NCBI RefSeq assembly: GCF_006345805.1 | Contig: NC_043001.1 | Span: 26,908,001 to 26,972,000, forward strand | Reading direction: 5' to 3' | From: Octopus sinensis | Taxonomy: Eukaryota | DNA: 64,000 nt | Shown: piece by piece, positions 59,361 to 64,000 of the stretch | Layout: every line of letters begins with the position of its first letter | How positions within the stretch are numbered: the first letter of the stretch is position 1 | The notes under the pieces: generated by a model | The model's input: the letters and a program-made list of their open reading frames with translations, nothing else | Databases searched by the model: none | Told to the model about the DNA's origin: nothing | Program-made: the position numbers and the translations under genes

Positions 59361-62300
59361 CATATATAAGTATATATGTATATTTGTGTGTGCATGCACA
59401 CACACACACACACACACACGCACACACTTGTTTGTAAATAAATATAAATGTGAATATATGTAAACTCATGCACATATCTCCATGTTGCTTCTAAAATCTA
59501 ACTGTTGCTGTTGTGTCTTTCCAATCGATCATGTTTCACTTTTTTCGAATCACTGGTAGCGATCAGTATCCGTTTGTTAAGAAACATGTCTTAATGTTAA
59601 AATTTCTTTTTTTTGAAAAATTTCAATGTTTTGATTTCAATCAATGTACAGTTGCATTTTGTGTTTTTTTAATTGTTTTTCTTTTATCTGAAGAAGAAAA
59701 GTTTTAAAGAAATTATATCATATACTGTATTCATATTTTATGTAACTGCAATTTGCTAATAATAAAATTCATGAAATAAGAGTTTAATTAGTATTTTAAT
59801 TTATTTCTTTCTATTCTGAAAAATTTAAAGACAGATATTATTCATTGAAATGATTTCAAATTTTGGCACTAGGCCAGCAATTTTAAGGAGGAGGTAAGTC
59901 AATTACCTATTTCTTTACTACCCACAAGGGGCTAAACACAGAGAGGACAAACAAGGACAGACAAACGGATTAAGTTGATTATATCGACCTCAGTGCGTAA
60001 CTGCTACTTATTTAATCGATCCCCAAAAGGATGAAAGGCAAAGTCGACCTCGGCGGAATTTGAACTCAGAACGTAGCAGCAGACGAAATACCTATTTCTT
60101 TATTACCCACAAGAGGCTAAACACAGAGGGGACAAACAAGGACAGACATAGGTATTAAGTCGATTACATCGACCCCAGTGCATAACTGGTACTTAATTTA
60201 TCGACCCTGAAAGGATGAAAGGCAAAGTCGACCTCGGCGGAATTTGAACTCACAACGTAACGGCAGACGAAATACCGCTAAGCATTTCGCCCGGCGTGCT
60301 AACGTTTCTGCCAGCTCGCCGCCTTTGGCAGACGAAATACCACTAAGCATTTCGTCTGGAGTGGTTAAAGTTTCTGCCAGCTCGCTGCCTTCTTGCTTGC
60401 CTGTATGTATATATTTCTGTACACCTGTCTGTGTGTGTGTGTGTGTGTGTTTCTGATGCCCAAAAGTACTGTTACCAAAACAGCTTCAGTGTCCAGTCAG
60501 CTGTACCAAATTGCCAGCATCCAAACAGCTCTGCCTCATCATCTCACTCCATCTACCCTGTTAAGAGACTTAACTCTAAGTAGCTGTTTTTTTGTCTTAA
60601 ATCAACCCTGATGAAGCAAACATAAAATCAAAGTCCATCCCATCTTTTTGCCTCTATAAGCCATTCTGTTTAATGCACCCTTTATATTCAAGATGGCAGA
60701 GAGTTAGTTAATCCTTTGGCATTTAAACCAGTCATATCCAGCCCAAATATTCTATTTGTTTTATGTTCAGAATGGCCAGATCAGGCCTCTCACACCTCTC
60801 CTACAATGTCATTCGAGAAATAAACAACCACATCATTGAAATCTTGAAGCTATGATATAATGAATGAAGGATACAAAAGAATGTGAATAAGCAAGCATTA
60901 CATTTGATAGAATAAACTGAATGCTAAAGGGTTAAGGGAGATACAGATCCTTGATTATAGTTGGTTGAACAACCGCATAAAGATTCCTCAATGGTATGTG
61001 TGGCTACATACAGGCAAGCTGGCAGAAACGTTAGCACGCCGGGTGAAATGCTTTGCGGTATTTCGTCTGCCGCTACGTTCTGAGTTCAAATTCCGCCGAG
61101 GTCAACAGTGATTAGCATATTCATGTTTGGATCTGCCAGAATGAATTACGAATAAATATGTAACTTAATATCATTCTCTCAAAGTTATCTTGCTTCCATA
61201 ACTGTTGTACAAGAGTTCAGTAGATTTGTCTTCATTGCTGCATGGTTTCTTTCTCTTAAATTTTTCTCCTAAGCTTTGGGAGAGGTCACAATTGGTATCA
61301 TTAATAAATTGCTGAAGGAGGTGAGCAGGCAGAATTATTAGCATGCCAGGTAAGGGCGGCAAGCTGACAGAAACGTTAGCACGCTGGATGAAATGCTTAG
61401 CGGTATTTTGTCTGCCGCTATGTTCTGAGTTCAAATGCCGCCGAGGTCAAATTTGCCTTTCATCCTTTCGGGGTCGATTAAATAAGTACCAGTTATGCAC
61501 TGGGGTCGATATAATCGACTTAATCCGTTTGGCTGTCCTTGTTCATCCTCTCTGTGTTTAGCCCCTTGTGGGTAGTAAAGAAATAGGTATTTCGTCTGTC
61601 TATGCTCTGAGTTCAAATTCCACCAAGGTTGACTTTGCCTTTCATCTTTTCAGGGTTGATTAAATAAGTACCACTGGGGTCGATATAATCGACTTAATCC
61701 ATTTGTCTGTCCTTGTTTGTCCTCTCTGTATTTAGCCCCTTGTGGGTAGTAAAGAAATAGGTATGTGTGGCTACAAGTGTGTGTAGCAAATGGTGTAATT
61801 CATTGCTATAAGCAGGGATAGTACCATGGAAGTGATTTGTGGCTAAGTGTCTTATCAATGGTGTGATTTATCTCTTGTTTACATAACCATATATATGCAA
61901 ACTGGTGATAAGCTTACAGTATACAAATGTAAATATTTGTGCAAATACTTTTATAACAAACACGGAAAAAAGTTTCAAAATATCTAAGTTTGTTAATTAT
62001 CTGTTTCATAGCTCAGTGGTTAGAGCATTGAGCTTACGATCATGAGGTTGTGAGCTCGAATCCCGGACCGGGCTGCATGTTGTGTTCTTGAGCAAGACAC
62101 TTTATTTCACGTTGCTCCAGTTCATTCAGCTGTAGAAATGAGTTGCGACGTCACAGGTGCCAAGCTGTATCGGCTTTTGCTTTTCCCTCGGATAACACTG
62201 GTGGCATGGAGAGGCGAGACTGGTATGCATGGGCGACTGCTGGTCTTCCATAAACAACCTTGCCCAGACTTGTGCCTGGAAGGGTAACTTTCTAGGTGCA

Positions 62301-64000
62301 ATCCCATGGTCAGCCATGACCGAAGGGGGTTTCAGCTCAGTCTCACTCAAGAATCTTATAATAATTCAGATCTGTTCAGTTTGGCTAACTTCTAAAATAT
62401 GAAATTTTGTCAAAAAGGTTCAAGGTAAACCGTCTTCAGTGGGAGAAATTCTACCAGTATACAATGTTCCAAACTGTTTAGTTAAAAAAAATATTAATTA
62501 AAAAATCTATGAGCCAAACAGAACAGATCTAATAATTCCACTCGTTCCTCTGTTACTTAACCCGACCGTAACACTTTCTTGTGATTAATTGGGGGGGGGG
62601 AGGAGTGAAATGTATAATTCAATTTTTTTGGGGTCTAAATTTTCTCCTCTGTTACTTAGCCCCTCTGTAATGCTTTCGCATGATTAGTTGAAGGGAAAGA
62701 TGAAGAGCAAGAGAAAAAGAGGGACAAAGAAAAAGGAGAGAGAAAAATAGGGCAAGGTGAAGATTGAGAGAGAAAACAGGGAGAGTGCTGTGTATTAAGC
62801 CTATAAAATTGTGCATAAAGTATATAAAGTGCATTAAGTAATCATCATATACCAATATCCTTCACTTTTTAATAAATAATAGATGAGTGATTATTTTTTG
62901 ACACAGATACAATACAGGCTATGCATTAATGTTTTTTGGATAAAGTTTCCAGAAATAGCCCCAAAAGTTTACCATTAATTTCATGAAATATTCACAGGCA
63001 TAGGAGTGGATGTGTGGTAAGTAGCTTGCTTACGAACCACATGGTTCCGGGTTCAGTTCCACTGTGTGGCACCTTGGACAAGTGTCTTCTACTATAGCCT
63101 CGGGCCTTGTGAGTGGATTTGGTAGACGGAAACTGAAAGAAGCCCATCATATGTATGTATGTATATATATATATACACACGTATGTGTGTGTGTATACGT
63201 TTGTGTGCCTATGTTTGTCCCCCCAACATCGCTTGACAACCAAAGCCGGTATGTTTACGTCCCCATAACTTAGTGGTTCGGCAAAAGAGACCGATAGAAT
63301 AAGTACTAGGCTTACAAAGAATAAGTCCTGGGGGTCGATTTGCTCGACTAAAGGCGGTGCTCCAGCATGGCCACAGTCACATGACTGAAACAAGTAAAAG
63401 GAAGGTCCCATTAGTGTATATGAATTTCTTTCTGGAAATGTTTCAAAAAAGAAACTAAAATGTCTTCTATATTACCAAGAAAAAAAGAAGTAAAAATTAC
63501 TCCGAATCTTCAGAAATTCACAGGGAATTTGTCTGGTGACTGTTGGTACTGCCACCCACAGTTGCTTTTGGAATAAGAGTGGGAGAGAAAGAGAGTTTAC
63601 TAAGAAATAGTTTTCTAGGAAATTTTTACTTGCATAAGTTACGGGGACGTAAACACACCAGCATCGGTTGTCAAGCAATGCTAGGGGGACAAACACAGAC
63701 ATATATATATACATATATTCGACAGGCTTCTTTCAGTTTCTGTCTACCAAATCCACTCACAAGGCATTGGTCGGCCCGGGGCTATAGCAGAAGACACTTG
63801 CCCAAGGTGCCACGCAGTGGGACTGAATCCGGAACCATGTGGTTGGTTAGCAAGCTACTTACCACACAGCCACTCCTGTGCCATTATTGAAATAAAATTT
63901 ATATTTATTAAGCAAAAAGACATCAAAGAATTTAATAATATTTTTATAAGTCACATATATTTAACCAGAGGATTTTGAGGGAAATTATTGAACATTTTTA

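Noticed and set aside
58948-59473. ORFs rich in Y/I/H/T/C/V (also near 42289, 44546 and 52456)
   Set aside because: Translations of TA/CA microsatellites

Overview
AT-rich, repeat-dense animal genomic DNA, most likely an octopus (coleoid cephalopod), judged from recalled SINE/LINE families. I rebuilt two divergent intron-containing genes by hand from splice sites and reading frame. RPS24 (40S ribosomal protein S24, minus strand, 131 aa) has its ATG at 19162, a TCT/5'-TOP start near 19193 and its stop codon alone on a separate last exon at 7182-7184. PARG (poly(ADP-ribose) glycohydrolase, plus strand) has 19 coding exons at 21297-57090, 666 aa, with an intact GGG-x6-QEE catalytic motif. The most striking unannotated structure is an array of about seven related box H/ACA snoRNA-like units (two guide subfamilies plus one decayed copy). 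All lie sense to RPS24 within its single 8.5-kb intron 2, and three arose by local tandem duplication. Also found: a candidate 31-nt alternative C-terminal exon and a candidate poison exon in RPS24, a pre-miRNA-like hairpin, and three unrelated inverted or permuted repeat elements in PARG introns that each carry minimal type I hammerhead ribozyme cores (Penelope/retrozyme-like). The rest is SINEs, truncated CR1/RTE LINEs, one full-length decayed mariner, a solo LTR, a Helitron-type element, MITEs and microsatellites. Almost all short ORFs in the supplied track are spurious. No database search or folding program was run.
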